Origin: Gemmatimonadota bacterium | GTDB lineage: Bacteria; Gemmatimonadota; Gemmatimonadetes; Gemmatimonadales; GWC2-71-9 | Assembly: GCA_039588295.1 (NCBI GenBank) | Contig: JBDHAB010000003.1 | Coordinates: 32,001 to 96,000, forward strand | Length of the DNA: 64,000 bases | Reading direction: 5' to 3' | In this document: positions 29,036-41,458 of the stretch, in pieces | Position numbering within the stretch: position 1 is the stretch's first letter | Layout of the letters: every line of letters begins with the position of its first letter | Translations under genes and position numbers: made by a program | Notes under the pieces: model-generated | Told to the model about the DNA's origin: nothing | Seen by the model: only the letters and a program-made list of their open reading frames with translations | The model's database searches: none

Positions 29036-30541
29036 CTAGGGGAGAGGCGGTGCGTCACCCGCGCCGCCGACGGGCCCGAAGCACTGGGGGTGACGTTCCT
29101 CCAGGTGAGCCGTTGCGCGCCGGGCCCGCCACCGGTCGAGGTTCCAGGCGCGCCAGTCGGCGGGGCCAGACCCTTGCCACTCGCGACGCAAGTCGCGAAG
29201 CAACGTGCATCGGTCCTCGTTGCCGAGCCGGATGGAAGTCGCTGTCAGCGATGGGACGGCGTCCCCACTCAGACCCGTGAGGTACGAGAGATCGAGCTCA
29301 GCGCCCTCGACGGCTCGCGACACATTCGTCCGTGCGACGATCGCGGCAGGATTCGCAACATTGAGCACGGCGAGTGTGAGAAAGCCGCTGACGAGTGGTC
29401 CGATGACGAAACGGTCTCGACGACCTCGCAGTGCGGTGGCGGCAAACCATCCGAGCCCCATGGCGATCCACACCATCACCGCTGTCGCGTAGACCCGCGC
29501 CTCGGTAAGGCCGTACGCCGCCTGGTACAGTCGCAACCGGTCCACCGCCGAGATCAGCATGACTCCAACGAGCAGCAACTGCAGCACGGCGAGCGCACGG
29601 AAGCTGCGAACCGCCTTCGGTTTGCTGCGGTCGAGCGCCCAGTCCGTGACGAGAAGGAGCGGCAGGACGAGCCCGGCAACGGCGATCAGCTCGAAGAACC
29701 CGTGTCTCGCGTACTCGGCGTAGCTCAACTCGGGGACCGACCGCACCGTCGCTTCGCCCCCGAACAGATATCCGATTTGCACCACGACGAACAGCAAGAA
29801 GAGTAGGCTCAAGGCACCGAGGGGAATGCCGATCTCCACCATGCCAAGCCTCGGACGGTCGTCGAGTGCCGGCGGGTCGTTCGCCGGCGCATGACGGGTG
29901 ACCAGAGCGCTCCAGAACCCTGCGGCGGCCCACGAGAGCATGGCGATGATCACGGCGTGTGATACGAGCCGTTCCAGATCTACGCTGAGCAACGATCGCA
30001 CGAGCCGCCCGAAGACGGGATCGGCGGACGTGAGCAGTGCGCCGAAGATGATCAGCACCGGGAAGGCGATCACGGTGCCGAGCAGCACCTTGGTAAGCAG
30101 CTCGACCCAGCGGCTCCGGGATTCGCCGCCACCCCCGAGGTCCTGTACCACCAACGACACCGGTCCCAGGATGAGGTGGACACCCGCTGCGGCAAGACCG
30201 ACGACATACTCCACGACGAGACTGGAGGAGAGCCGTAGGCCGCGAGCGGCGAGCGCCGAAGTTGCCAGTGCGATGCCCACGGCGAGCACGTTCCAGGCGC
30301 GGAGAGTCGGTGCGTCTCGTATGGTGAGGCAGACGGCAAAGACCAGTGCCGTCGCCAGCGCCACCCGTGTCGTGGCCGCAGCGGTCGCGGCACGGACAGT
30401 GAGTCCGGCTGCAACGGCGATCACGAGCCCGATCCACAACGTAAAGTTGAGACCCCACGGGCCAACCCGCAGAAGCGCGTCACCCAGGCACCCAATTGCG
30501 AGGGCGACGACCAACAGTGCCGCAGCGCGCCGTCTGGTCAC
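29036..30541 (-). CDS. DUF4153/DUF4173-family membrane protein
   Basis: LLTSADPVF, QIGYLFGG, SYAEYARHGFFEL, RLRLYQAAYGLT..R, YLTGLSGDAVP motifs; start approximate. Confidence 0.85.
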   Translation of the reverse strand: MTRRRAAALLVVALAIGCLGDALLRVGPWGLNFTLWIGLVIAVAAGLTVRAATAAATTRVALATALVFAVCLTIRDAPTLRAWNVLAVGIALATSALAARGLRLSSSLVVEYVVGLAAAGVHLILGPVSLVVQDLGGGGESRSRWVELLTKVLLGTVIAFPVLIIFGALLTSADPVFGRLVRSLLSVDLERLVSHAVIIAMLSWAAAGFWSALVTRHAPANDPPALDDRPRLGMVEIGIPLGALSLLFLLFVVVQIGYLFGGEATVRSVPELSYAEYARHGFFELIAVAGLVLPLLLVTDWALDRSKPKAVRSFRALAVLQLLLVGVMLISAVDRLRLYQAAYGLTEARVYATAVMVWIAMGLGWFAATALRGRRDRFVIGPLVSGFLTLAVLNVANPAAIVARTNVSRAVEGAELDLSYLTGLSGDAVPSLTATSIRLGNEDRCTLLRDLRREWQGSGPADWRAWNLDRWRARRATAHLEERHPQCFGPVGGAGDAPPLP

Positions 30542-30560
30542 GTCGACGATTCCAGGCTCG

Positions 30561-31238
30561 TTAGCTGGCGAGTCGGAACACGGTGGACTTGTGGAGGAGG
30601 CTGTCTTCATCGCCGATGAGGAACAGTTCTGACAGCCTGGCAAGCCATTCGCGTTCGGCGATCAGCAGCCGGGGGTTTGAGACGTCGCCGGGAAGATCGA
30701 ACACGAGCCGGGTGCGATAGCTGGTTGCGGCATCGACCACCCGGCCGAGTGGCGGCTGCGGGCCCAGAATTCGTGCCAGTGCTGCCTCGCCGCGCTCTGA
30801 GCGTTCGTACCGCCGGCCGGCGGCGTCGATGATATCTGCCACGGGTCGAGCCAACCCAACTGGTACGCGTTGGGCGTCCGAGGCCTGCTCGACGGTGACG
30901 ACGTAGAAGATTCCGTCTGCCGTGGCCTGATCGGCCCCACTGCCCAGCGACGTAAACGTCTCCACATCGCGCACGGTCACCATGACATGACAGTCGAGGT
31001 AAAAGCCGCAGAAGCGCTTGAACTGATTGGGCTCGAGTACCTGCTCGCGGCTGGTGAGCGAGACGGCGATCAGGCCTGCCAGATAGAGGCCCAGCCAGCC
31101 AGCGCCAATGGCCGCCGCGGTCTTGGCCCGCTCGCCGCGACCTCGCAAGACGCCGACGAGGGCTGCCACCGCGGTCACGACGACGATCAGTGCGGTAAGC
31201 AGCAGGAGTGGAATCGCGAGGGCGCCAAGCAAGCTCAT
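30561..31238 (-). CDS. Membrane-anchored hypothetical protein
   Basis: Two N-terminal TM helices, FCGFYLDCH motif, beta-rich soluble domain; GGAG RBS. Confidence 0.7.
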   Translation of the reverse strand: MSLLGALAIPLLLLTALIVVVTAVAALVGVLRGRGERAKTAAAIGAGWLGLYLAGLIAVSLTSREQVLEPNQFKRFCGFYLDCHVMVTVRDVETFTSLGSGADQATADGIFYVVTVEQASDAQRVPVGLARPVADIIDAAGRRYERSERGEAALARILGPQPPLGRVVDAATSYRTRLVFDLPGDVSNPRLLIAEREWLARLSELFLIGDEDSLLHKSTVFRLAS

Positions 31239-31256
31239 CGGTCAGCTCCACCGGTT

Positions 31257-31293
31257 GGTTGCCAATATAAAGTACTTTGCAATACAAAGTCAA
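31257..31293 (-). promoter_or_regulatory. Sigma70 promoter overlapped by a palindromic operator
   Basis: Minus strand TTGACT-N18-TATATT; perfect inverted repeat ACTTTG-caata-CAAAGT (31274-31290) plus an adjacent degenerate copy (31257-31273). Confidence 0.7.
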
Positions 31294-31407
31294 ATTGCAT
31301 GGGCCTCACGCGTCTGACGGGCGGGGGTGGGTAGCTCACCATTTTCAACCTGGGAGCAAGAGACGCGTGGATTCTCCACACGGGGCATGCTAGGTTGAGG
31401 CTCGCTT

Positions 31408-32280
31408 ATGTCGCCGACCGATACATCACACACAGTGCCGCTGCTCGAGCGGCTCCGAGATCCACAGCCGTTGGTCGCCGTGGAACTCCGCCCGCCCAAG
31501 GCGGACCTTCCACAGGACCAGAGTATGGATATGTGGATCGACATGTACCACTCCGTCCGGCGACTCGCGGCAGGCGACACGGTGCTGTTCCTCACGGATA
31601 ACGCGGTCGGCGAAGCCGAGGAAGAGAACCTTCAACACCTGGCCACGAATTTGGCCGGTGACGTCAGCTCCGAGAAGCTGGTGCCGTTTCTCACCTGCAA
31701 GCACTCGCTGCGCTACTGTCTCATGTATGCGGACCGCGCTGCGGCGCACAACTTCCAGGCTGTTACCGTATTGGGGGGTGACCGCACGGTTGGGCCGCCT
31801 CGGTGCCTGGAGTACGCGTACATGCTGCGACAGCGGATTCGGGCCCGCCATCCAGGCTTGGTCCTCGGGGGATGGGCGAATCCGCATCGGGATGCGGCAG
31901 AGCAGGTGGAGCTTCTCCTGCGGCAGGAGTTCACGGGCGAGTTCTATCTCACGCAGGTCGTCTCACACCATCAACTGGATGCGGTGGAACGGTTTCTCGT
32001 CGAAGCCGACCGGCGGGGCGTGTCCCTCCCGGGAGTGTTCGGTGTGTTCCTCTACCGGTCGGCTACGCCCGCGACGCTCGACAAGCTGCGGCAGTTCTTT
32101 CCGGTACCGGTCGAGGGTGTGACCCGTGACTTCGAAACGGGCCTCACCGCCGAGGAGATCTGCGCCCGGACGATCAGGGGGCTCTGGGCTCTGGGCGTGA
32201 CGAACGTGTATGTGAGCAACTTGGGATTCCGGCGTCCCGAGGCGCGCTACCGCAAGCTCCTGGCGGCGCTCGAGCGGTAA
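31408..32280 (+). CDS. Methylenetetrahydrofolate reductase (MetF)-like protein
   Basis: VELRPPK, LTDN, LTCK, LGGD, LTQ positions of the MTHFR barrel. Confidence 0.7.
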   Translation: MSPTDTSHTVPLLERLRDPQPLVAVELRPPKADLPQDQSMDMWIDMYHSVRRLAAGDTVLFLTDNAVGEAEEENLQHLATNLAGDVSSEKLVPFLTCKHSLRYCLMYADRAAAHNFQAVTVLGGDRTVGPPRCLEYAYMLRQRIRARHPGLVLGGWANPHRDAAEQVELLLRQEFTGEFYLTQVVSHHQLDAVERFLVEADRRGVSLPGVFGVFLYRSATPATLDKLRQFFPVPVEGVTRDFETGLTAEEICARTIRGLWALGVTNVYVSNLGFRRPEARYRKLLAALER

Positions 32281-32314
32281 CACGACGCTCTTCGGGTGTG
32301 GCGGCTGCAGGTCG

Positions 32315-34153
32315 CTACGCCTCCAACGCTCTGCGGGCGACGTCGACGCGACCCAATGGGGTACTCACGTGGATACCTCGCACCAGGGGTCGTACCCGCG
32401 CGATGATCTCGCGGGCGATGGCCACGCCCTCGGCGGTCGCCGCCTCCGGACCTTGTTCTTGTGCGCGCCGCATCCGCGCAATCACCGCCGCGGGCACGTG
32501 CTGTCCCGGTACCTCGTTGGCGAGAAACTCGGCGTTTCGGAGCGAAACCAGCGGCCAGATTCCGGCGATAATGGGGACACCGAATTCTTCGGCTTTCCCG
32601 ATAAACCGCTCGAGTTGCCCCGCGTCGAACACGGGCTGCGTCACGGCGAACTCTGCACCGGCATCCACTTTCCAATAGAGACGGCGGAGTTCCCGCTCCT
32701 GATCCACCGCCGTATGGTTGATCGCCACACCAATGACAAAGCGAGTGGGATCGCCGATGGGGTTGCCGCCTGGGTCCAGGCCGTGGTTGAGGCGGTGCAC
32801 CACGTTCGTCAGTCCGATGCTGTCGATGTCGAACACCGCAGTGGCATCCGGATACGGTCCGAGGCGTGGCGGGTCGCCGGTCACGAGCAAGAGGTTTCGA
32901 ATGCCAGCGGCGGCGGCCCCCAGCAGGTCACTGATCATGCCCAGCATGTTCCGATCGCGGCACGTGTAGTGGACCAGTGTCTCGATCCCAACCTCACGCT
33001 CGACGATGATGGCAGCGGGAATGGCCGCCATGCGGCTCTGCGCGCGTGGGCCGTCGAGCAGGCTCACACTGTCCACCCCGGCGGCCTGCAGTGCGCGACT
33101 CTGGTCGATGAGCAGGCTCGGTTGCCATCCCTTGGTCGGCACCAATTCGACATTGATCAAGAACTCACCGGCTGCAAGCTTCCTCCCCCAGTGCGATCGC
33201 TCCTCGAGGGGCAGCGGTTCGATTCCTGCCGGTGGATGGATCGCGTGTCGCGTAATGGTGCCGTGGCTGTGACGCGGCTGCATGGTGGCAACGAGGTCGC
33301 GGATCTTCTTGATGTGCTCGTGCGTGGTGCCACAGCATCCGCCCACGAACCTGGCTCCTGCGCGAATCATCCGCTGGGCGTAGTTGGCCATGTACTCCGG
33401 ACTGGACAGATAGATCTTCCTGTCGCCCACCAAGCGGGGGAGTCCGGCGTTGGGCTGGGCGATGAGCGGGAGTTGGGTGACCTCCGCCATGCGCTCGATG
33501 CCATCGAGCATCACGGCGGGGCCCACCGAGCAGTTCAGGCCAATGACGTCCGCGCCCCACTCGGTGAGGGCGGTCGCGATCTTCTCTACGTCGGTTCCGT
33601 ACGCGGTCTTGCCGCTCTCGTCGACGGTCATCTCCGCAATGACCGGCAAGTCGCTCAGTGCACGGACGGCGGTGTAAGCAGCATGAAGCTCGTCGAGGTC
33701 GCTGAACGTCTCGAGCATGAAGCCCTCGACACCGCCATCCAGTAGCCCTCGGATCTGGCGCTGAAAGAACTCCACCGCCTCCTCGCGGGCTGTGGGGCCG
33801 AACGGCTCGATGCGAATGCCGAGCGGGCCGACGCTCCCCACGACGTGCGCGCTATCTCCCGCAACGTCCCGCGCGATCCCCGCCGCAGCCCGGTTGATGT
33901 TCTCTGTCTGCTCGTCGAGCCCGAACGCGGACAGCTTCACTGGGTTTGCGCCGAAGGTGTTGGTCTCGATGATCTCCGCGCCCGCGCGGACGTACTCCTC
34001 GTGTACCTCTCGTACGAGCTCGGGGTGGGTGAGGCTGAGTTGGTCGTAGCAGACGTTGACGAACATACCTTTGCCGTACAACGCGGTACCCGTTGCGCCG
34101 TCGACAACGTGGACACGGTCGTCCTCGATCCGCTCGCGCAGCGTCCCCGTCAT
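32315..34153 (-). CDS. yitJ: Bifunctional homocysteine S-methyltransferase / MTHFR (YitJ-like)
   Basis: [25 protein letters not shown], then MTHFR domain ([20 protein letters not shown]). Confidence 0.9.
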   Translation of the reverse strand: MTGTLRERIEDDRVHVVDGATGTALYGKGMFVNVCYDQLSLTHPELVREVHEEYVRAGAEIIETNTFGANPVKLSAFGLDEQTENINRAAAGIARDVAGDSAHVVGSVGPLGIRIEPFGPTAREEAVEFFQRQIRGLLDGGVEGFMLETFSDLDELHAAYTAVRALSDLPVIAEMTVDESGKTAYGTDVEKIATALTEWGADVIGLNCSVGPAVMLDGIERMAEVTQLPLIAQPNAGLPRLVGDRKIYLSSPEYMANYAQRMIRAGARFVGGCCGTTHEHIKKIRDLVATMQPRHSHGTITRHAIHPPAGIEPLPLEERSHWGRKLAAGEFLINVELVPTKGWQPSLLIDQSRALQAAGVDSVSLLDGPRAQSRMAAIPAAIIVEREVGIETLVHYTCRDRNMLGMISDLLGAAAAGIRNLLLVTGDPPRLGPYPDATAVFDIDSIGLTNVVHRLNHGLDPGGNPIGDPTRFVIGVAINHTAVDQERELRRLYWKVDAGAEFAVTQPVFDAGQLERFIGKAEEFGVPIIAGIWPLVSLRNAEFLANEVPGQHVPAAVIARMRRAQEQGPEAATAEGVAIAREIIARVRPLVRGIHVSTPLGRVDVARRALEA

Positions 34154-37100
34154 GCGACGCCGACCTCACGGACGGGGTCGTACGCGAGGTTCGGGGCGAG
34201 CCAGCGCTCGATTTCCGCCGGGTCCGCCTGTCGACGGCGCGCGTAATCCTCGATCTGGTCTCGACCTATCTTCCCAAGACCGAAATAGAACGCCTCCGGA
34301 TGCCCGATGTGCCAACCGCACACTGAGGCCGCAGGCTCCATCGCAAAGCTCTCGGTGAGTCTGATGTCGGTATGTTCCGTCACTCCGAGCAGCTCGAAGA
34401 GCGTGCCCTTTTCCGTGTGGTCGGGGCACGCCGGGTAGCCCGGTGCCGGACGGATCCCGGTGTACTTCTCACGAATCAGTTCCTGGCTTGTCAGGTGCTC
34501 GTCCTCACAGTAGCCCCAAAACTCGCGGCGGACCCGCTGGTGCACTCGCTCCGCGAGTGCTTCCGCTAGTCGATCCGCAAGGGCCTTCGCCAAGATGCTG
34601 TGATAGTCGTCATGGTCGCGCTCGAACTCGGCAACAAGCTTGTCGTTGCCGACACCCGCGGTCACGGCAAATACGCCCATGTAGTCGTCGATGCCGCTCT
34701 CCTTCGGAGCCACGAAGTCGGCGAGGCAGAGATTCGGTCTGCCGGGCGGTTTCTCCATCTGCTGACGCAGCATGTGTAGCACCGCACGAACGTCCGAGCG
34801 ATCGTGGTCCGCATAAATCTCGATGTCGTCGCCGATGCTGTTGGCAGGAAACAGGCCAATCACGGCCTGTGCGGTGAGAAGCCGTTCGGCAACCATCCGC
34901 TCCAAGAGACGTTGTCCGTCGTGCAGCAGGCTGCGTGCCTGCTCGCCGATGATCGCGTTGTCGAGGATCGCCGGATACGAACCCCGTAGCTCCCACGCGG
35001 CAAAAAATGGTGTCCAGTCGATGTATTCCAGCAGCTCGTCGAGCGGATAGTCTTGGAGCACGTGGATGCCTGGCTCCCTGGGCACACGGGGAACGTACGA
35101 CTGCCAGGAAACGGCAAATCGCCGTTGCCGCGCTTGCTCGAGTGTGAGAAGCCTCGACGCCGCCGTGCGATCGGCGTGGGAAGCGCGGACGGTGGCGTAT
35201 TCCGCCTGCACATCTCCCAGAAACGCGGTGCGTCTCTCAGAGCTCATGAGATTGCTCAGGACGGTGACGCTGCGGGAAGCGTCGGGCACGTGAACGGTTG
35301 CACCGTGATACTCCGGCGCGATCTTCACCGCTGTGTGCACCTTCGAAGTTGTCGCACCGCCTATCAGAAGTGGAACGCCGAAGCCCTCGCGCTCGAGTTC
35401 CTTGGCGACGTGAACCATCTGGTCCAGCGATGGTGTGATGAGGCCGCTCAGCCCAATCACATCGGCGTCGATCTCACGTGCCGTCTCGAGAATTCGCGCC
35501 GCCGGGACCATGACTCCGAGATCTATGACCTCGTAGTTGTTACACTGGAGCACGACTCCCACGATGTTCTTGCCGATGTCGTGAACGTCACCTTTCACGG
35601 TGGCGAGCACGACACGTCCCTTGGTGCGGGCAGTGCTCCCTGCGGCAGCGTCCTCGCGCTCGACGAATGGCACGAGATAGGCGACAGCTTTCTTCATGAC
35701 CCGCGCGCTCTTCACCACCTGTGGCAGGAACATGCGACCACTGCCGAACAGGTCCCCGACGACGTTCATGCCGTCCATCAATGGTCCCTCAATCACCTCG
35801 ATGGCCCGGTCGTAGCGCTGCCTCGCCTCCTCGGTATCCTCCTCGACGTAGTCCTGGATTCCCTCAACCAGGGCGTGAATCAGCCGCTGCTGAACCGGTT
35901 GATGTCGCCACTCGACATCTTCGGTGCGCTGCCGCTTCTGTCCCCGCACGTCGGCGGCCATCCCGAGGAGGCGCTCAGTCGCATCCGGCCTCCGGTTGAA
36001 CAGCACGTCCTCGATGGCTTCGCGCAGCTCCGCTGGGATATCGTCGTACACGGGCAAGGCGCCGGCATTCACGATCCCCATGTCCATTCCCGCTCGGACC
36101 GCATGGTACAGAAACGCTGCGTGCATGGCTTCCCGCAAAGCGTTGTTGCCGCGGAACGAGAAGGAGAGGTTGCTCACTCCGCCGCTCACGAGGCAGTGTG
36201 GCAGTGATTCCTTGATGATTTGGCAAGCCCGCAGATACGCCTTCGCGTACTCGTTGTGCTCCTCGATGCCGGTGGCAACGGCAAAGACGTTGGGATCGAA
36301 AATGATGTCCTGCGCTGGGAAACCGGCGTTCTCGGTCAAGAGACGGTATGCACGGCTACAGATTTCGATCTTGCGATCGGCGGTGTCCGCCTGTCCCTCC
36401 TCGTCGAATGCCATGACGATGGCGGCCGCGCCATACTGCCTGACCTTGCGCGCTTGGGATAGGAACGCCTCTTCGCCCTCCTTCAGGCTGATCGAGTTCA
36501 CCACACCCTTGCCCTGAAGGCATTGGAGGCCGCCTTCGATTACTTCCCACTTCGAGGAATCGAGGACGATCGGGACGCGAGCGATGTCGGGCTCTGCTGC
36601 GACGAGGCTGACAAAACGCACCATGGCGTCTTGTGAGTCGAGCAGCCCCTCGTCCATGTTGATGTCGATCATCTGCGCGCCGTTGGCGACTTGATCCCGG
36701 GCGACGTCCAGGGCTGTTTCGTAATCGCCGTCCCGGATGAGACCGGCAAATCGCGACGACCCGGTGACGTTGGTCCGTTCCCCGATGTTGACGAATAACG
36801 TGTCGGGTCGGACCACGAGCGGCTCGAGACCGGAGAGACGGAGATATGGCTCGATGTCGGGGATGGCTCGTGGTGCGAGTCCGGCGATGGCATCCGCAAT
36901 CGCCGCGATATGCGTTGGCGTTGTACCGCAGCAGCCGCCCACGAGGTTCACGAGACCGCTGCTCGCGAATTCGCCGAGCAGGGCGGCCATCTCCTCAGGG
37001 GACTGATCGTATCCGCCGAACTCGTTCGGCAAGCCGGCATTCGGGTGGCAGCTGACGAACGTATTGGCGACGCCAGACAGCTCCTCGAGGTGCGGGCGCA

Positions 37101-37866
37101 GGTCCTTGGCGCCTAAGGCGCAGTTGAGCCCCACGCTGAAGAGGTCTCCGTGGCAGACCGAGATCCAGAACGCCTCGGGCGTCTGCCCCGACAGTGTTCG
37201 TCCGGACCGGTCTGTGATGGTGCCCGACACCATCACGGGCACCTCCGACCCCCGCGCGGCGAAGAGCTGCCGCAGTGCGAAGAGGGCGGCTTTCCCGTTC
37301 AGCGTGTCGAACACCGTCTCGATCATCAACAGATCGACGCCGCCGTCCACCAGAGCCGCCGCTTGCTCCTCGTAGATGGCGGCGAGTCGATCGAACGTCA
37401 CGTTGCGAGCGCCCGGGTTGTTCACATCCGGTGAGATCGACGCGGTTCGGTTGGTGGGTCCCAGTACGCCAACGACGAGGCGCGGTCGTTCCGGGGTCCG
37501 TTTGCTGTGGTCGTCCGCCGCTCGTCGAGCGATTTGTGCTGCGGCGAGGTTCATGTCTGGGACAGCGGATTCGAGTTGATAATCCGCCTGTGAGATGGCG
37601 TTTGCGTTGAACGTGTTCGTTTCGATGAGATCCGCGCCCGCGTCGAGATAGGCGTGATGAATCGCCTCAACGACATCTGGGCGGGTCAGACTCAACGCGT
37701 CGTTGTTCCCCTGGAGCGGGGTCGAGTGCCGGGCGAAGCGGTCACCACGAAAATCCCCCTCCTCGAGCGCGTAGGACTGGATCATGGTCCCCATCGCACC
37801 ATCGAGGACGAGAATTCGATCTCGGGCGAGCTGTGTGAGTCGCTCGTGGCGCGGCGTCTCGGCCAT
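34150..37866 (-). CDS. metH: Cobalamin-dependent methionine synthase
   Basis: [31 protein letters not shown]12 motif, [12 protein letters not shown] activation domain. Confidence 0.97.
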   Translation of the reverse strand: MAETPRHERLTQLARDRILVLDGAMGTMIQSYALEEGDFRGDRFARHSTPLQGNNDALSLTRPDVVEAIHHAYLDAGADLIETNTFNANAISQADYQLESAVPDMNLAAAQIARRAADDHSKRTPERPRLVVGVLGPTNRTASISPDVNNPGARNVTFDRLAAIYEEQAAALVDGGVDLLMIETVFDTLNGKAALFALRQLFAARGSEVPVMVSGTITDRSGRTLSGQTPEAFWISVCHGDLFSVGLNCALGAKDLRPHLEELSGVANTFVSCHPNAGLPNEFGGYDQSPEEMAALLGEFASSGLVNLVGGCCGTTPTHIAAIADAIAGLAPRAIPDIEPYLRLSGLEPLVVRPDTLFVNIGERTNVTGSSRFAGLIRDGDYETALDVARDQVANGAQMIDINMDEGLLDSQDAMVRFVSLVAAEPDIARVPIVLDSSKWEVIEGGLQCLQGKGVVNSISLKEGEEAFLSQARKVRQYGAAAIVMAFDEEGQADTADRKIEICSRAYRLLTENAGFPAQDIIFDPNVFAVATGIEEHNEYAKAYLRACQIIKESLPHCLVSGGVSNLSFSFRGNNALREAMHAAFLYHAVRAGMDMGIVNAGALPVYDDIPAELREAIEDVLFNRRPDATERLLGMAADVRGQKRQRTEDVEWRHQPVQQRLIHALVEGIQDYVEEDTEEARQRYDRAIEVIEGPLMDGMNVVGDLFGSGRMFLPQVVKSARVMKKAVAYLVPFVEREDAAAGSTARTKGRVVLATVKGDVHDIGKNIVGVVLQCNNYEVIDLGVMVPAARILETAREIDADVIGLSGLITPSLDQMVHVAKELEREGFGVPLLIGGATTSKVHTAVKIAPEYHGATVHVPDASRSVTVLSNLMSSERRTAFLGDVQAEYATVRASHADRTAASRLLTLEQARQRRFAVSWQSYVPRVPREPGIHVLQDYPLDELLEYIDWTPFFAAWELRGSYPAILDNAIIGEQARSLLHDGQRLLERMVAERLLTAQAVIGLFPANSIGDDIEIYADHDRSDVRAVLHMLRQQMEKPPGRPNLCLADFVAPKESGIDDYMGVFAVTAGVGNDKLVAEFERDHDDYHSILAKALADRLAEALAERVHQRVRREFWGYCEDEHLTSQELIREKYTGIRPAPGYPACPDHTEKGTLFELLGVTEHTDIRLTESFAMEPAASVCGWHIGHPEAFYFGLGKIGRDQIEDYARRRQADPAEIERWLAPNLAYDPVREVGVA

Positions 37867-37895
37867 CCAACGTCCTTTCCGCCCAAATGCGACCG

Positions 37896-37931
37896 AAAAA
37901 AAGTCCCTCGTCGCTAAAGGAGCGCCGAGGG
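37896..37931 (-). terminator. Intrinsic terminator in the metH leader (riboswitch expression platform)
   Basis: Minus strand CCCTCG-G-CGCT-ccttt-AGCG-A-CGAGGG followed by AC-TTTTTTT. Confidence 0.8.
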
Positions 37932-37935
37932 CGAG

Positions 37936-37985
37936 CTTTTTAGCGACTTATTTAACGTGGCTGCAATACGCGCAAATCACCACGG
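37936..37985 (-). ncRNA. SAM-II (SAM-alpha) riboswitch aptamer
   Basis: Minus strand CCGTGG-TGATTT-GCGCG-TATTGCAG-CCACG-TTAAATAAGTC-GCTAAAAAG: P1 CGTGG/CCACG, GAUUU loop, UUGC/GCUAA pseudoknot; upstream of metH. Confidence 0.88.
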
Positions 37986-38116
37986 AATGCAATTGTCGTC
38001 CCCTAATCTAGCGACCTACGCACGTTTGCGCCATGCCCGCAGATGCACGATACTGTTGGCGCGAGAACGAGAAGTCGGACTCCTAAACCGTTGGTGGGTG
38101 AGCGCTGGAGGGACGC

Positions 38117-39547
<1,431 letters not shown>

Positions 39548-39578
39548 GGATCCGTGTAGTCCGAGGCTGAGCCTGGCC

Positions 39579-40583
39579 GTGTCAGAAATCCGTCGGGATC
39601 CGACCACGGGCGAATGGGTGATCCTCGCCGCGGGGCGGGCGGAACGGCCCGGCGGTACGCGGCTGCCAGGACGCCGATCCGCGAAAGCAGGACGCGACCC
39701 GGACTGCCCCTTCTGTCTCGGAAACGAGGACCAGACGCCGCCCGAGATCCTTCGCCGTTCGGCACGCGGCGACTGGGTCGTTCGGATCGTGCCAAACAAG
39801 TATCCAGCACTGGTCGCCGAAGTATCACATCACGTCTTGCCGAACTCGGACTTCGAGACGTTGGTGGAAGCACACGGTCACTATGAGGTGATCATCGAAG
39901 GTTCGACTCACCGTCTGGGACTGGTACCACCGGAGTCCGGGGTGTTGTTCGAGTGCTTCTTGGCCGCACGCGACCGCTACCGCGTGTTCGTCAATAACTC
40001 AGCGCTCAAAGCGTCTCTCCTGTTCAAGAACCACGGGCGAGGCGCAGGGGCGTCCTTGGCACACCCTCACTGGCAACTGGCCGCACTGCCGACGGAACCG
40101 GCGACACTCACTCGCATGATGGGTGTGGCACGGGCCCACTGGGAGCGCTCCGGGACGTCGCTGTACGATGATCTCGTCCGGCACGAGGTAGCCGGCGGAG
40201 ACCGCGTCGTCGAGGAGGTGGATGAGTTCGTCGTGATGACGCCCTACGCACCGCAGTGGGCCGGGGAAACGTGGATCATTCCCCGTGATGGTGTATCCGG
40301 CTTCGCCGACGTCGGTGAGACCATGCTGCAGAGATTCTCCAGCGTCCTGCGGCGGACCTTCGGGCGTCTCAGCGCGGTTTTCGACGAGCCCGATCTCAAC
40401 GTACTCCTACTCTCGGCGCCGTTTCGCCCTGCAAACGTGCCCTACTTCCAGTGGCACGCCCGGCTCCAACCCCGTCTCACCACGCCGGGCGGTTTCGAGC
40501 TGGCGTCGGGAATGATGATTACGACCGTCGGGCCTGAGCAATCGGCAGCGTCACTGCGCGCGGTCGAGTCTGCGTCAGGCTAG
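39579..40583 (+). CDS. galT: GalT-family nucleotidyltransferase
   Basis: EIRRDPTTGEWVI, CPFC, PNKYP, FKNHG..AGASL.HPHWQ, GFELASG. Confidence 0.85.
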   Translation: MSEIRRDPTTGEWVILAAGRAERPGGTRLPGRRSAKAGRDPDCPFCLGNEDQTPPEILRRSARGDWVVRIVPNKYPALVAEVSHHVLPNSDFETLVEAHGHYEVIIEGSTHRLGLVPPESGVLFECFLAARDRYRVFVNNSALKASLLFKNHGRGAGASLAHPHWQLAALPTEPATLTRMMGVARAHWERSGTSLYDDLVRHEVAGGDRVVEEVDEFVVMTPYAPQWAGETWIIPRDGVSGFADVGETMLQRFSSVLRRTFGRLSAVFDEPDLNVLLLSAPFRPANVPYFQWHARLQPRLTTPGGFELASGMMITTVGPEQSAASLRAVESASG

Positions 40584-40892
40584 TCCCAGTCGTCGAAGTG
40601 CAGCGTGGCGGGTGATACCGAGGACGGCGATTCGCTTTCGTCGACTGGTTGTGCCGGCTTCCAACCGCACGTCCGCTCTTGCGACTCCGAGGGCCTCCGC
40701 AAAGAAATCGACGAGCAGTGTGTTCGCCGCGCCGTCGACCGGTGGCGCGGCAACTCGGACCTTGATGGCATCCCCGTGCCAGCCGACGACTTCGGTGCGC
40801 TTGGCCCGTGGTTGCACGTGGAGGTGGAAGATCGTACGGTCGGGCGGCACTCCATGGACCGGTTCCCGTTCGAGGTCGCGTCCCCTGCGCAT
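40575..40892 (-). CDS. yggU: DUF167 (YggU) family protein
   Basis: VQPRAKR..KVRVAAPPVDGAAN..GTTSRRK; TAATG coupling to yggT. Confidence 0.85.
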   Translation of the reverse strand: MRRGRDLEREPVHGVPPDRTIFHLHVQPRAKRTEVVGWHGDAIKVRVAAPPVDGAANTLLVDFFAEALGVARADVRLEAGTTSRRKRIAVLGITRHAALRRLGLA

Positions 40893-41458
40893 TACAGGAT
40901 CGAGAGTATCAAGCCGCGCAGTAGCAGGACGAGAAACCAGGCAATAATGGGCGTGATGTCGATCATGCCGAGCGGCGGCACGACTTTGCGCAGCGGTTCG
41001 ACCAGCCAATCGGTCAACACGTACGCGGGTCGCATCCACGCGTTGTATCTGCCGACACCGAACCACGAGCCGATCACCCGGACGATCAGGGCCAGCAGCA
41101 GAACCTGACTGCCGTAGTACACCAGTAGACTGAGGAGGCCGCGGGGGCCCGAAGCGAGGAGTCGTCTGCTCCGGGTGAGTGCCGTCGCGAACCACTGGGC
41201 AGTAGTGATGAGGATGATTCCCCCGCCGAGGCTGATCCCCAACAACCAGAGACCCGCATGCTGAGGGTTCCCACCACGCCGAAGGAGCCAACGCTCGATC
41301 GGAGCAAGCACCGGGTCGGTCGTCTTGCGAATCAACTGACCTGCCGAGCCAAACGGGTTGATGCGCCGCGACCGGATCGCCCAGGATCCCAGCGCCACGG
41401 CGGTGCACGAGACGAAGATCGCGAAGATCATGAACCGGAGAACTACGAGAACGATCAT
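40892..41458 (-). CDS. yggT: YggT family membrane protein
   Basis: Two YGGT repeats (TDPVLAPI; LTDWLVEPLRKVVPPLGMIDITPIIA). Confidence 0.88.
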   Translation of the reverse strand: MIVLVVLRFMIFAIFVSCTAVALGSWAIRSRRINPFGSAGQLIRKTTDPVLAPIERWLLRRGGNPQHAGLWLLGISLGGGIILITTAQWFATALTRSRRLLASGPRGLLSLLVYYGSQVLLLALIVRVIGSWFGVGRYNAWMRPAYVLTDWLVEPLRKVVPPLGMIDITPIIAWFLVLLLRGLILSIL

